The notes: generated from the sequence alone by a model not told the origin. A DNA stretch of 64,000 bases from Spirochaetia bacterium (GCA_963662795.1 OY759746.1:2080001-2144000); one strand, 5' to 3'; positions 42,276 to 53,201 are shown, counted from the stretch's first letter. Numbers and translations are program-made.

Positions 42276-42530
42276 ATGAAATCTATTACCATACATGGAA
42301 TTGATAATGATCTCGATAAGAAAATTGCAGAAAAGTCTGTCGAATTTGGTTTAAGCCAGAACCGAACAGTTAAGTATATCCTGCAAAATTCATTAATTAC
42401 TGATAAAAAAGCTTCTAAAAAGGACTCCTATGCTGAATTATTTGGTAAATGGTCAACAAAAGAGAAAGAAGAGTTTGATAAAAAAATCAGTGATTTTGAA
42501 GTAATAAATGAAATGGACTGGAAAAAATGA
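42276..42530 (+). CDS. Antitoxin (paralog of 20726)
   Basis: Few aa differences from 20726..20980. Confidence 0.8.
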   Translation: MKSITIHGIDNDLDKKIAEKSVEFGLSQNRTVKYILQNSLITDKKASKKDSYAELFGKWSTKEKEEFDKKISDFEVINEMDWKK

Positions 42531-42925
42531 CCAAGATACTACTTGATACAAATGCCTATAGTGAGTTTATGTCCGGAAATAAGTTGGTATTTGAATATAT
42601 TATAGAAGCAGAAATAATCTATGTATCAACCATTATGATCGGTGAACTATTCGCAGGTTTTCAAGGTGGAAAAAAGTATACACAAAATAAAGAAGATTTT
42701 AAGAAATTCATCAGCAAAGATGGAATAAAAATATTGAATGTCACAATTGAAACATCAGAAATATTTGGAGAAATCAAGGCGGAACTAAGTAAAAAAGGAA
42801 AAATGATACCATTAAATGATATTTGGATTGCTGCTCATGCAATAGAAACAGGTTCAAAATTAATCACATACGATTCACACTTTAAACAGATAAATGGTTT
42901 GAGAATTTGGGAAGAATATAGATAG
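42527..42925 (+). CDS. vapC: VapC PIN-domain toxin (paralog of 20977)
   Basis: PIN motifs; few aa differences. Confidence 0.93.
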   Translation: MTKILLDTNAYSEFMSGNKLVFEYIIEAEIIYVSTIMIGELFAGFQGGKKYTQNKEDFKKFISKDGIKILNVTIETSEIFGEIKAELSKKGKMIPLNDIWIAAHAIETGSKLITYDSHFKQINGLRIWEEYR

Positions 42926-43047
42926 GTAAATTGTCCAATTACTGATTCAACTCTTTGCTTTTTACAGGTTAAGTAAGTATTAAAAAGAAAAGGAAGTCCA
43001 GCCCTTGGCTCCGCCCTAACGGTCTGGACAAGACGCGAAGGTACTGC

Positions 43048-43239
43048 AAATAACAGCGATTATTTCGCTGCGCTCCCGATGGTCGCTTGGGCTCCTGCCA
43101 GTTGAGCTGGCAGATCGCCATATTTTGTTTTCATAAAACCGGAACAACATGTGCTTTGTGCTCTTCAAGTTTGTAAAAACCAAATAAAAGTATTTTAGAG
43201 TTTAGTCACAAAACATCGAATAATCACGAGACGTTATAA
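43048..43239 (+). repeat. Outer attC-like site 25, family A
   Basis: AAATAAC...GTTATAA; unit ~42996-43291. Confidence 0.9.
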
Positions 43240-43316
43240 GCAATGTTCCCGCAAGAGAAAACCGCCCGGACCTCCGGCCGACGGGCGAGGAAAGCATAAT
43301 CTGCTTTATACATAAA

Positions 43317-43350
43317 ATCTATTGTTTTCTAGTTATTTAATATGTTATAC
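43317..43350 (+). other. Cassette-internal attI-like landing site (carrier 5), IS4 immediately downstream
   Basis: ATCTATTGTTTTCTAGTTATTTAATAT-GTTATAC. Confidence 0.7.
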
Positions 43351-44625
43351 CATAGGTGACTAAAACAATCATAACAGCTCCAGTTGAATATTAAAACTAC
43401 TTTTTCTAGTCTGTTCTGATGGCGGTTTATTGAGAACAGTCCAGATATCTTTTCTTGATGTCAGTATTACAGGAATCAATTTCATCAGTGAAAAATGAGT
43501 CCATTTTCTACATGAAAACATTTTAAGGAACTGAAGTAACAGAAAAGCAATTAGGGCAATCCAGATTTGTGTCATTACAGCATTTCTGGAAGTACCAAAG
43601 AATTTCTTGATCTTGAGGTTCTGTTTGATAGTTTTAAAAAATATTTCAATCTGCCATCTGTCTTTGTAAACAGCAGCAATTGTTGTTGGAGACCAAAGGA
43701 AATTATTGGTAAGAATTACAATATATTTACCGGTTTCAGGATCTCTGCTTCTGATTCGTCTTAATTTTAACGGGCATTTTTTACTGGTGTAAAATCCTTT
43801 CATTTCTATGATCTGATCAGATGTAATATTTTTAAAGGAGGAGGTATCTTTTCTCTGGACAATTTTATAATCAGCATTCTTTTTTAACCTGGTAACAAAA
43901 TAAATACCGGTATTACAATAATTTGCGAATAATTTAAAGTCAGTATAACCACGATCAAACGTGATGACATCGCCTTTGTTGAAAGCCATTTTTTTCAAGG
44001 AATTGACTTCATGTGTTTTTGCAGTTGTAACTGATACAAAAGCTGGAATATATCCACTATGGTCAAGTTTTACATTAAGTTTTATTCCGCCTTTATATTT
44101 TCTGAAATTTGCCCATGGAAAGAGATTTAAACACAAGTCAATAGTTGATGCATCAACACTGTAAAGAGGATTTTTAAATTTATGTTTATGCGCTCTCTTC
44201 ATGGATAATATCTTATCAAGAAGATCAGTGAAAACATTTTCATAAACTTCACAGCTTCTATTATTATTTGCGTAAGATAATGTAGAGCGTTTTACCTTTT
44301 TTACACCCATATGATAAAGGTGGTTACTGATTGATTCAAAAGAGTTTTCAATGCCTCTTAACCCGGTCTGTCCTGAAAGTTGTGCAAAGAGCATGGAGAC
44401 AAAATGCTGCCAACAGGTAAAACCTTTGGAAGCGAAGTCGCCATTATGCTTTTTTACAGATTTTTCAAATTCATGTCTCGGAATTATTTGTAGAATTTGT
44501 TTTAAAATGGTATTATTGTAACTCATTGCCTGATTTCCTTTTCCTGTAAAGAATTAGCCGTCCAAGCTTAATTCATTATAGTTGGGATTTCAGGCAATTA
44601 ATAGTCCTTGTTTTGGACACCTATG
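43351..44625 (-). mobile_element. IS4 family element copy 2 (one TIR mutated, no target duplication)
   Basis: CATAGGTGACTAAAACAA ... TTGTTTTGGACACCTATG; flanks ATGTTATAC / ATCTAATAT differ. Confidence 0.92.
43369..44526 (-). CDS. IS4 family transposase
   Basis: Two aa differences from 6686..7843. Confidence 0.95.
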   Translation of the reverse strand: MSYNNTILKQILQIIPRHEFEKSVKKHNGDFASKGFTCWQHFVSMLFAQLSGQTGLRGIENSFESISNHLYHMGVKKVKRSTLSYANNNRSCEVYENVFTDLLDKILSMKRAHKHKFKNPLYSVDASTIDLCLNLFPWANFRKYKGGIKLNVKLDHSGYIPAFVSVTTAKTHEVNSLKKMAFNKGDVITFDRGYTDFKLFANYCNTGIYFVTRLKKNADYKIVQRKDTSSFKNITSDQIIEMKGFYTSKKCPLKLRRIRSRDPETGKYIVILTNNFLWSPTTIAAVYKDRWQIEIFFKTIKQNLKIKKFFGTSRNAVMTQIWIALIAFLLLQFLKMFSCRKWTHFSLMKLIPVILTSRKDIWTVLNKPPSEQTRKSSFNIQLELL

Positions 44626-44632
44626 ATCTAAT

Positions 44633-45280
44633 ATGAGATATCAATTATACAACGAAATTAAAGTAGAAACATTGAATAAAGATAATAAATATTTTTATAA
44701 AGGAATATTGGAATTAAAATATATTTTATTTATAGATTACATGAATGAAATTAATAAATTATTATTAGATGATACTAATAATTTTGATGAAAAACCAAGA
44801 TATAAAGTAATAAGCATAAAAAAAACTATTAATATTTTGAAGAAAGATTCTTATAGGAAAATATTTATCATAGAAATTAATAAACAAAATATAGTAATTG
44901 ATAATTTTGGAACAATAAATAAAGATGAAGAAATCCAAGAAATAGTAAAAGAAAAATATATTGCAGAAAAAATGCGTATTTATGATAAAATATTAGAAAC
45001 ATGGAATCTATTAGAATCAAAATATAATTTAAAAATATATAAAGAGTTTAGAAATAAAGTCATTGCACATAATCAGCTTAAAACTGTGAATGGGGTAAAA
45101 GATGGATTTGAATATAACATAAAAGAGTTTGAAAATCTTGAGGAAATACATGAAATAACTAAAATATTAATAATAGATCTTAATTCTTTAATAAATGGAG
45201 AATTGAATGTTATTATAGCAGTAGAAAATGAGCAAAAGAAAATGGCTGAAGCAATATTTAAAACAATAAATAACGTATAA
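44633..45280 (+). CDS. Putative HEPN (AbiU2-like) protein, possibly 5'-truncated by the IS
   Basis: IYKEFRNKVIAHNQ motif; stop codon lies in the inner attC R'' box. Confidence 0.55.
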   Translation: MRYQLYNEIKVETLNKDNKYFYKGILELKYILFIDYMNEINKLLLDDTNNFDEKPRYKVISIKKTINILKKDSYRKIFIIEINKQNIVIDNFGTINKDEEIQEIVKEKYIAEKMRIYDKILETWNLLESKYNLKIYKEFRNKVIAHNQLKTVNGVKDGFEYNIKEFENLEEIHEITKILIIDLNSLINGELNVIIAVENEQKKMAEAIFKTINNV

Positions 45281-45380
45281 CAAACGCATGCAACTGACAA
45301 TTTTTTTCTCATAGTTTTTGAATACTCAAAAACTATGACAACTATTCGAGACAAAATTACAGCTGATGCGGTCGTTATAA
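45275..45380 (+). repeat. Inner canonical attC
   Basis: GTATAAC-AAACGC-ATGCAACTG...CAGCTGAT-GCGGTC-GTTATAA. Confidence 0.82.
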
Positions 45381-45450
45381 AATTAAAAAAAGAAAGAAGT
45401 CCAGCCTTGGCTCCGCCGTGCGGCTTGGACAAGAAGCGGCTGGTACTGGA

Positions 45451-45624
45451 GCATAACAGAGGATAATTCGCTGCGCTCGGATTACCTCGCTTGGCCTGCG
45501 GCATATTTTACTATCATATAAATGATAATAATTGATAATTATCCTTTTTATATTTTGTTAATCAAACACAAGAGATTTCTATAGTTCGAGCCGTAAAACA
45601 TCGCTTATCCTCAGGACGTTCTCC
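45451..45624 (+). repeat. Outer attC-like site 26, family B
   Basis: GCATAAC...GTTCTCC; unit ~45399-45676. Confidence 0.87.
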
Positions 45625-45866
45625 GAAATACCGCCCCAAGATGCGATCGCCCGGACCTCCGGCCCACGGGCGAGGGAAGACGGGCAAACAATTGTGTCTA
45701 ATTTTAAATCAAAAGTATCTTATCAGCATTAAAGGATTAGAATAATTAATCTAATGTAAAGAATGCTAAATAAATCTCAATAAATTATATTGAAATTAAA
45801 AAGATGTATTGTATATTAAGAGTTTTAAGTGTATACTGTTGAGTGTATACTTAAAGAGGTTGAATT

Positions 45867-46112
45867 ATGGAAATAAGCACAAAAGAGCTCAGAATAAAAC
45901 CTGGTAGAATTATTGAAAAAGTCTCACATGGACAGGAAGTTGTGGTAACTTTTAGAGGAAAAGCATTAGCTAGAATAGTTCCTATGGCTAATCATAACAA
46001 AAGTATTGACGAGAAAGAAAAAGAAGAACTTTTTGGATTATGGAAAAACCATAAAGATATTGAGAATGTTGATAATTATGTAAGAAAGATGAGAAAAGGA
46101 AGAGAATTTTGA
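45867..46112 (+). CDS. Phd/YefM family antitoxin
   Basis: ISTKELR....IIEKV..GQEVVVTFRGKALARIVP. Confidence 0.88.
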   Translation: MEISTKELRIKPGRIIEKVSHGQEVVVTFRGKALARIVPMANHNKSIDEKEKEELFGLWKNHKDIENVDNYVRKMRKGREF

Positions 46113-46486
46113 TAATCGATACAGATGTTATAATATGGTATCTAAGAGGAAATGAAAAAGCAAAAGAATTAATATATAAAAATATACCATTTAAAATGTC
46201 AGTAATAACTTATATGGAAATTGTGCAGGGGATGAAAGATAAAAAAGAATTATTGATATTTCAGAAACATATAAGAAAATGGGATGTTGAAATAATACAA
46301 ATAGATACTGAAATATCTTCAAGAGCAATGTTTTTTGTAGAAGATTATTTTTTAAGTCATTCAATGGAATTATCAGATGCATTAATTGCAGCGACAGGAA
46401 TACAGACAAAAGATGTTATATTAACAGCAAATGATAAACATTATAAATTTATCCCTAACATACAACTGGAAAAGTTTAAACCTTAG
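46109..46486 (+). CDS. vapC: VapC PIN-domain toxin
   Basis: IIDTDVIIW...MEIVQG...SDALIAAT...TANDKHY. Confidence 0.92.
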   Translation: MIIDTDVIIWYLRGNEKAKELIYKNIPFKMSVITYMEIVQGMKDKKELLIFQKHIRKWDVEIIQIDTEISSRAMFFVEDYFLSHSMELSDALIAATGIQTKDVILTANDKHYKFIPNIQLEKFKP

Positions 46487-46539
46487 AACGCCCAAGCCTT
46501 GGCGGTGCCGTGCGGCTTGGAAGAGAGGGGCGGTACTTC

Positions 46540-46710
46540 CGAGAACAGAGGATAAAGCGCTTCGCTCCCTCTGGTCGCTTGGGCTTCGCCACACATCGTA
46601 GGTTTTGAACTACAACATTTATAAACAACAAGTGTTGGAAGAAGAATATTGCAGCTTTGAAATATTCATTCTTAGGCTACGATGCGTCGCTTATCCTCGG
46701 GACGTTATGC
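46540..46710 (+). repeat. Outer attC-like site 27, family B
   Basis: CGAGAAC...GTTATGC; unit ~46491-46784. Confidence 0.87.
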
Positions 46711-46926
46711 GAAAGACTGGCCGAAGAGGAATAGGCTGGGGCGGGGGAGAGGAAGACGCCGCCGCACATCGTGTGCGGCGAAGAAAAAGCTCATAAACTG
46801 TGATTTTTATAAGCTGTAAGTCTATTTTTATGAATTACCATTATTCAAACGAAAAATAAATATAAATATCATTTAAAGCAGTTCCTTTCGTATCATTTGA
46901 TTATGGATTGGGCAAATGATAAAATA

Positions 46927-46955
46927 TTGACAAAAAGCATACAATGTAATATATT
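46927..46955 (+). promoter_or_regulatory. Sigma70-type promoter of BrnT-like TA module
   Basis: TTGACA-17nt-TATATT, 7 nt before ATG. Confidence 0.7.
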
Positions 46956-46962
46956 AACTTAA

Positions 46963-47238
46963 ATGAATATTATCTGGGATAAAGGGAAAAATAAAACTCT
47001 TAAGCTTGATAGAAACTTGTCTTTTGAAATATTTGCGGATTTGATTCTGGATAAAAAATATCTTGATATTCTGGAGAATCCCTCTAGAAAAAATCAGATG
47101 ATATTTATAGTTGAATATAAAGAATATATACATGTTGTACCGTTTATTATTGATGATGAAGATAATATTGTATTAAAAACAGTATTTCCAAGCAGAAAAT
47201 TCCATAAAATCTATGGAGGGAATAAAAATGAAAGCTAA
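46963..47238 (+). CDS. BrnT-like toxin
   Basis: WDKGKNKTLKLDRNLSFE...VVPF...LKTVFPSRK. Confidence 0.8.
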   Translation: MNIIWDKGKNKTLKLDRNLSFEIFADLILDKKYLDILENPSRKNQMIFIVEYKEYIHVVPFIIDDEDNIVLKTVFPSRKFHKIYGGNKNES

Positions 47239-47530
47239 ACTGGATAGTTTTGAAAAAGAAATAGAAAATAATGCAGAAAACTATATAGGCATCAGTAAGG
47301 GAAAAATGAGTAAAATTACTTCAATAATTGATGAGGCAAGGAAGACGAAGAATATAAATATAAGAATATCTGAGTATGACCTTGAGAAGTTAAGAGAAAA
47401 ATCAGCAGTTGAAGGATTACCTTACCAGACGCTTTTATCCAGTATTATACATAAATATGTCTCTGATCAGCTTGTGGAAGAAAAAGATATAATTAAATCA
47501 ATACAATTACTGAGGTTTGAAAACACTTAA
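47228..47530 (+). CDS. CopG/RHH-type antitoxin
   Basis: KNINIRISEYDL..LREKS..EGLPYQTLLSSIIHKY; start after GGAGG. Confidence 0.8.
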   Translation: MKAKLDSFEKEIENNAENYIGISKGKMSKITSIIDEARKTKNINIRISEYDLEKLREKSAVEGLPYQTLLSSIIHKYVSDQLVEEKDIIKSIQLLRFENT

Positions 47531-47692
47531 TATTAAAATACAAAGTGCTTGATTCTAAGGTTGTCAGTAAAGTTATTTAAAAATATATCTACCTGGGTGG
47601 AATATATCTGATTAGTGTAATATTCACCGTCTCACACATCCCTGTGTTCGACGAAGACCGCCCCCAGCCTATTCCTCTTCGGCCAGCCCATC

Positions 47693-47846
47693 GCATAACA
47701 GCGAATGGCCGGTTTCGGCTGTTTCTGAAAAAACCAGCCTCAACTCAAATTGCCGGAAAAATAGTGGTACAGATTGATGAATATAAAATAAGCTTGAAAG
47801 GTAACAAATAACAGCGGCAACTTCGGTCATTCGCGGGACGTTATAC
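47693..47846 (+). repeat. Outer attC-like site 28, family C
   Basis: GCATAAC...GTTATAC; unit ~47628-47899. Confidence 0.88.
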
Positions 47847-47979
47847 GTAATGGCCAGGCAAGAGAAAACCGCCCGGACCTCCGGCCGACGGGCGAGGATA
47901 TAGTATTTAAATGAGTTTATAAGTTATATAAAGATAAAAGTTGTAATATAAGTGCAATTTATTAAAAAGGTGGATTAAT

Positions 47980-50389
47980 TTGAAACGTTGGATATTAATA
48001 ATTATTTTATATTTATCAAATAATTATATTTTTGCTCAGTTATCAGATGTAGAAATAAAAAGTATTGATGATTTCGTAGAAAAAGCTACAGTTGAAGAGT
48101 CAATTGGACAGTTATTTATGACAGGATTACCAACTGATGTGGCACAATATCTACATGATGGGGTTGTTGAGGAATTAATAAAAGAAATAGGCATAGGATG
48201 GATTCAATTAAATACATATAACTATTATTGGAATAAGAAAATAAATCCAACAGAAGATGATCTTTTTTCTGCTGTTAAATCATTTTATAATTATATTCAG
48301 TCTTTTTCAAAAGGTGATAATATTAATCTTCCAATCGGATTTGCAGCTAATTTTGAAGGTGAAAGAATATCTTCAATTAGAGATTTAATTACTCAAGTAC
48401 CAGAAGCATTAACAGTATCAATAAGCAATTGTAATGAAATGGCTGAAAAAGCTGGTTGTTTAACTGGGCATGTTTTAAAACAAGTTGGTGTTCATTTGCT
48501 CCTTGGACCTGTTCTTGATATTGATTCTATTCCAAAAAAAGAATATGTAACGACAATACAGAATAGATCATTTGGTGGATCACCTGTTATTGTAGCGAAT
48601 GCAGCGTCTCAGTATCTAGCTGGAATGAAAAAAAATGGTGTTTTAGCAATTGGAAAACATTACCCAGGACATGGTGGCGTTTTGGAGGACTCTCATAATT
48701 CTAAAATGCCAGAGTCAAATATTAGTATCGATAATTTTAACAATTCACTTTATCCATATAGAGTTCTACAGGAAAGTTTAGATGGAGTTATGACGGCACA
48801 CGTTGCTGTTAATTTTTTAAAACCAAGCGAAAATAAAATAATTACATTTTCTCCCCTTTTTGTTGATAAACTCCTTCGAGCAAACAAAGAAATTGATTTT
48901 GATGGAATAAAGATAGAAGGATTAGCGTATGACGATAAAGTTGCAATTACTGATGATCTTTCTGATATGGGAACTATTCGTAAGTATATTAAGGATAACA
49001 ATATTTCTTGGTTAAATGTTTTAATTCAAGCATTCGAAAGTGGTCATGACATGTTTCTTTTTTCATCAATAGAAAGAAATAGTGGAACTAGTTTATTTTC
49101 TAATTATGGTGATTTTACGATAGAACAATTAAAAAACTTAATTATTAATTTTACTCAATATATCAACTCTGATCAAGAAAATGTAAAAAGATTTAAAATA
49201 TCTTTAAGAAGAGTAATGATGTTAAAGGCAAAAATTGCTAAAGCAAAAAATCAAAACATAAATGAGTTTTTATTAGGAAATATTGATAGATGGGTTCTCA
49301 CCATTGGGGATAAAAAAACATTAAATACTATACCAATTAATAGTGAAAGTATAAATTCTGAAGTATTAGCAAAAAGTATTTTAGATACAAGTGCTGTTTT
49401 AATTAATAAAAAAACTAATTTTATAATAAATGATGATAATCCTATGAGTTTTTATAGCAACTAGTGGAGTTAGTACTTTTAAACATATGCTAGAAACGAG
49501 ATTTACTAATTTAAAAGTAATAGAAATGGATATTATTAAAACTCCTGAAAAATATAAACAAATATTAAAAGAATTATTGATATCATTGCAAACATCAACA
49601 AAAGTGTTTATTTCACTAGCTACTGTTGATGATGCTAAACTGATTCAAGCTGCTTGTAATTATTCAGATAAACTTACTCACGATAAACTAATAGTTCTAT
49701 TGCATAATACTCCAACATTATTGGATAATACTATTTTACATAAATTAACTATATTAGGTACTTGTTCTTATCATCGTCAATCATTTTATACAGATATTGA
49801 TCTAATACTAGGTAAAATTGTACCTAAAAGTATAAACAATTTGACTATTAGTATCGGTGATAATGGATCTTTTTATAACAGTCAAATGAATGAAACTAAT
49901 TTTACGTTAGCTCAAGGTTATTCAATAATTCCTTTTTATGCTACTAATTTAGAAAAAGAATTAACTCAGAAAAATAATGAAAAACAGGATGTAATATATA
50001 AGCTTATTCTAATAATTATAATCTTAATAATCATGATAACATCTTTATGTATATTTTATAAAACAAAATCGAGAATAACAGATAAATATAGCAATTCAAA
50101 AATTAAAGAATACTTTCTAAAACATTTAGGTAAAAATATTTTATCAATTGGAATTTTCATTTTTATCATTGTATTAATATTTTATTTATCATTAGGAATT
50201 TATTCGATAAATGGTGATCCTAGACTTTATCGTATATATACAGAAAATATTCCAAAAATTATAATATTTATAGAAAAACCATTATATACAATAATTGGTA
50301 TCAGCATTATTTGCATTTTTATTTATTTCATTGCGATTATATTTTTATATTCAAAAGAGATTAGAAATATATTTAAACGCGATGAATAG
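47980..50389 (+). pseudogene. Exported GH3 (NagZ-like beta-hexosaminidase) gene with C-terminal TM region, split by a +1 frameshift near 49449-49453 (ORFs 47980..49464 and 49487..50389)
   Basis: IGQLFM, LGPVLD, NRSFG, KHYPGHG..EDSH, VMTAH, ITDDL; removing one T from the T5 run fuses the two ORFs. Confidence 0.75.
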
Positions 50390-50480
50390 ATTTACCAACT
50401 AGAATAAATGCTGGTAATTGATTGTTTTTAGTCCAGCCTTGGCTCCGCCGTACGGCTTGGACAAGAAGCCTGGCCACTAC

Positions 50481-50651
50481 GTATAACAGAGGATAAAGCG
50501 CTACGCTCGGAGTACCTCGCTTGACCTGCGGCACACATCGTAGGATTTGAACTTCAACATCTAGAAACAACCAGTTTTGAAAGAATAATAAAACAGCTTT
50601 GAATATCAATGCTTATCTTACGATGCGTCGCTTATCCTCAGGACGTTATGT
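50481..50651 (+). repeat. Outer attC-like site 29, family B
   Basis: GTATAAC...GTTATGT; unit ~50431-50704. Confidence 0.88.
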
Positions 50652-50749
50652 GCAATGAGCCCGACAAGAAAAAGACGCCCGGACCTCCGGCCGACGGGCG
50701 AAGAGGTTAACTAAATTAAGGATTTTTACAGTATAATTAATTCTGATAT

Positions 50750-51508
50750 ATGAAAGTGAGGTGGCAAATGCCAGATAAAATTTTTCAGGAAATTTCAACT
50801 ATTGAGATAAAGAGGATGATTGCAGAGTCAGAATCGCTATCACAAATAGATCATCCATATTTAAAAGGAAAAATTAGAGAAATTGGGATAGGGAAACTGT
50901 TAAAGAGATTTCTCCCCCCTGAATTCAAAATTGGTACAGGAAAGATTCATGATTGTCATGGGAAATCATCCTCTGAAACTGATTTAATAATCTTTAATCC
51001 ATCATTTCTACCACCGCTGATGTTTAATGAAGAAATTGGGATTTATCCATTAGAATCAGCTTTTTACTCAATTGAAATAAAAAGCAAAAGTACTACTACA
51101 AAAGAAAGTTTAAAGAAAACTATACTTAATATTAGAAGATTACGTGAATTAACATTCTTGAATAATTATGGAAATCATCCAATTAAAACATATCCAGTTT
51201 CTGCATTCTTCTCGTATGGGAGTAATAATAATATTGATGTGTTAAAAATACTTAAAGATAATGATGATAAATTTAATTCCGCGCCTTTATTGAATCCAAT
51301 TTGTATTGTAGGTAAAGGATATTGGTTTTTCTCGAAATGGAAAGGAAAAAGTGAATGGATTAAGATATTACCAAATGATGATTATTATGAAGTATCAGGA
51401 TTTATTGGTGGTATTGTTAATACTCTAATTGGCAATAATCATCCTCTTTATGGCTATTATATTTTAGATCCACTTGAAGATACTTTACATGAAATATATT
51501 CAGTATAA
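50750..51508 (+). CDS. DUF6602-like restriction-endonuclease-fold protein (NucC-related motif order)
   Basis: KGKIRE..., FLP..F.IGTG.I.D....S.ETDLII, YPLES...IEIKS. Confidence 0.68.
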   Translation: MKVRWQMPDKIFQEISTIEIKRMIAESESLSQIDHPYLKGKIREIGIGKLLKRFLPPEFKIGTGKIHDCHGKSSSETDLIIFNPSFLPPLMFNEEIGIYPLESAFYSIEIKSKSTTTKESLKKTILNIRRLRELTFLNNYGNHPIKTYPVSAFFSYGSNNNIDVLKILKDNDDKFNSAPLLNPICIVGKGYWFFSKWKGKSEWIKILPNDDYYEVSGFIGGIVNTLIGNNHPLYGYYILDPLEDTLHEIYSV

Positions 51509-51575
51509 TAATTTAATGAATTATGAAGAATCCAGACCTAACTCCGTTGAACGGTCTGGATGTCGGGCTCAAAGC

Positions 51576-51767
51576 ACATAACAGCGATTATTTCGCTGCG
51601 CTCCCTATGGTCGCTTGGGCTCCTGCCAGTTGAGCTGGCAGATCGCCATATTTTGTTTTCATAAAATCGGAACAGCATGTGTTTTATGCTTTTCAGATTT
51701 GATAAAACCAAAAAACCGTATTTTAGAGTTTAATCACAAAACATCGAATAATCGCGAGACGTTATAC
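51576..51767 (+). repeat. Outer attC-like site 30, family A
   Basis: ACATAAC...GTTATAC; unit ~51530-51817. Confidence 0.9.
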
Positions 51768-51922
51768 GCAAAAAGCTAGCGAAGAAGGAGAATGAGCTCG
51801 GGCGTCCTGCCCGAGCAATAATTAATTGTAACTTAAAGTATAGATAATACCTGTTGAAACTGTCTTTTGAAACAAAATAACAGCCTCTTGACATGGTATA
51901 TAAAAGGTATAATAATTATATC

Positions 51923-52189
51923 ATGAATAGCTTTGAATACGATGAAGAAAAGAGTAAAACCAATTCAAAAAAACACGGAATTGACTTCATCGAAGCACAG
52001 AAATTATGGGAAGATCCTGAATTACTTGAAATTCCAGCCAAAACTCAGGACGAGGTGAGATTTTTAGTAATAGGCAAAATTGAGGAAAAGTATTGGTCTG
52101 GAATTATAACCTATAGAAATGAAAACATCAGGATTATATCTGTTAGAAGATCAAGAGATGAGGAGATAGAGCTATATGAAAGCTTCTGA
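51923..52189 (+). CDS. BrnT family toxin
   Basis: FEYDEEKSKTNSKKHGIDF...IRIISVRRSR. Confidence 0.9.
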   Translation: MNSFEYDEEKSKTNSKKHGIDFIEAQKLWEDPELLEIPAKTQDEVRFLVIGKIEEKYWSGIITYRNENIRIISVRRSRDEEIELYESF

Positions 52190-52415
52190 ATTTGATAAAA
52201 AGTTTGAAGGTGGCGAAAGCATAATAAAAGATTTAGATATTAAGAAAGGAAAAAGACTTTTACAGGAACAAAGAAGAGTAAATGTTGATATTCCAGAGTG
52301 GATGATAAAATCACTAGATAAGGAAGCAGGTCGACTTGGAGTAACAAGACAGTCCATAATTAAAGTATGGCTTGCTGAAAGACTTGAAGGAAAAAATCAT
52401 AGAAAGACAGGCTAA
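52176..52415 (+). CDS. BrnA/CopG family antitoxin
   Basis: MKASEFDKKFE...RVNVDIPEWMIKSLDKEA..LGVTRQSIIKVWL. Confidence 0.88.
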   Translation: MKASEFDKKFEGGESIIKDLDIKKGKRLLQEQRRVNVDIPEWMIKSLDKEAGRLGVTRQSIIKVWLAERLEGKNHRKTG

Positions 52416-52490
52416 CTGTTTATGAATTATTGAATAGTTGAAAAGCTTTGAAAATAATAATAAGCCTATTTTTTCAGGGAATTAAAGAAA

Positions 52491-52886
52491 ATGTCTGGAG
52501 AGAAAGATTTAGAAAAACTACTAAGAAATATGTCACCAGTACTGAATGAAGGTGAGTTTATTTTTATTACTTTACCAGGAAAATATGAAGATTATTTATA
52601 TTTAGAGCCAATAGGTTCATTTAAGGAAAAAGAAGGATTGACACTAATAATTTCCAAAGAGAAAGCAATAGAAAACAATATAGAAGTTAAAGATCTTTTT
52701 AAATATATAACACTGAATGTGCATTCAAGCCTGAATGCAGTTGGTCTTACAGCAGCCGTTGCTTCAAAATTGTCTTTAAATGGTATTAGTGCAAATGTAA
52801 TAGCTGCATATTATCACGATCATATTTTCATACAGACTCAATATGCAGAAAAGGCATTAAGCTTATTACTGGAATTAACAGAGTAA
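52491..52886 (+). CDS. ACT-domain protein (DUF2241-like)
   Basis: MSGEKDL..LL..MSP...ITLNVHSSLNAVGLTA...NVIAAYYHDHIF. Confidence 0.88.
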   Translation: MSGEKDLEKLLRNMSPVLNEGEFIFITLPGKYEDYLYLEPIGSFKEKEGLTLIISKEKAIENNIEVKDLFKYITLNVHSSLNAVGLTAAVASKLSLNGISANVIAAYYHDHIFIQTQYAEKALSLLLELTE

Positions 52887-52941
52887 AAGAATATAGTCAA
52901 GTTCGCCGTCCATGGCTCACTTGAGGACGCGAGCTTTCAGC

Positions 52942-53114
52942 GTATAACAGCGGTTCAAGCGCTTCGCTCGGAGTACCTCGCTTGGCCTTCCGGCAAACAT
53001 CGTAGTGTTTAAGCTACAACTTTTAGAGACAACACGTTATGAAAGAAAATAATAACACCTTTGTGTTTTATAATCTTGGCCTACGATGCTTCGCTTAACC
53101 GCGGGACGTTATAA
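52942..53114 (+). repeat. Outer attC-like site 31, family D
   Basis: GTATAAC...GTTATAA; downstream hairpin split by an IS. Confidence 0.88.
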
Positions 53115-53201
53115 GCAATGTTCCCGCAAGAGAAAACCGCCCGGACCTCCGGACGCCCTATGTGTCAACATAGTTGAAGCACCAATATGGAGGTTTCAAT
53201 T

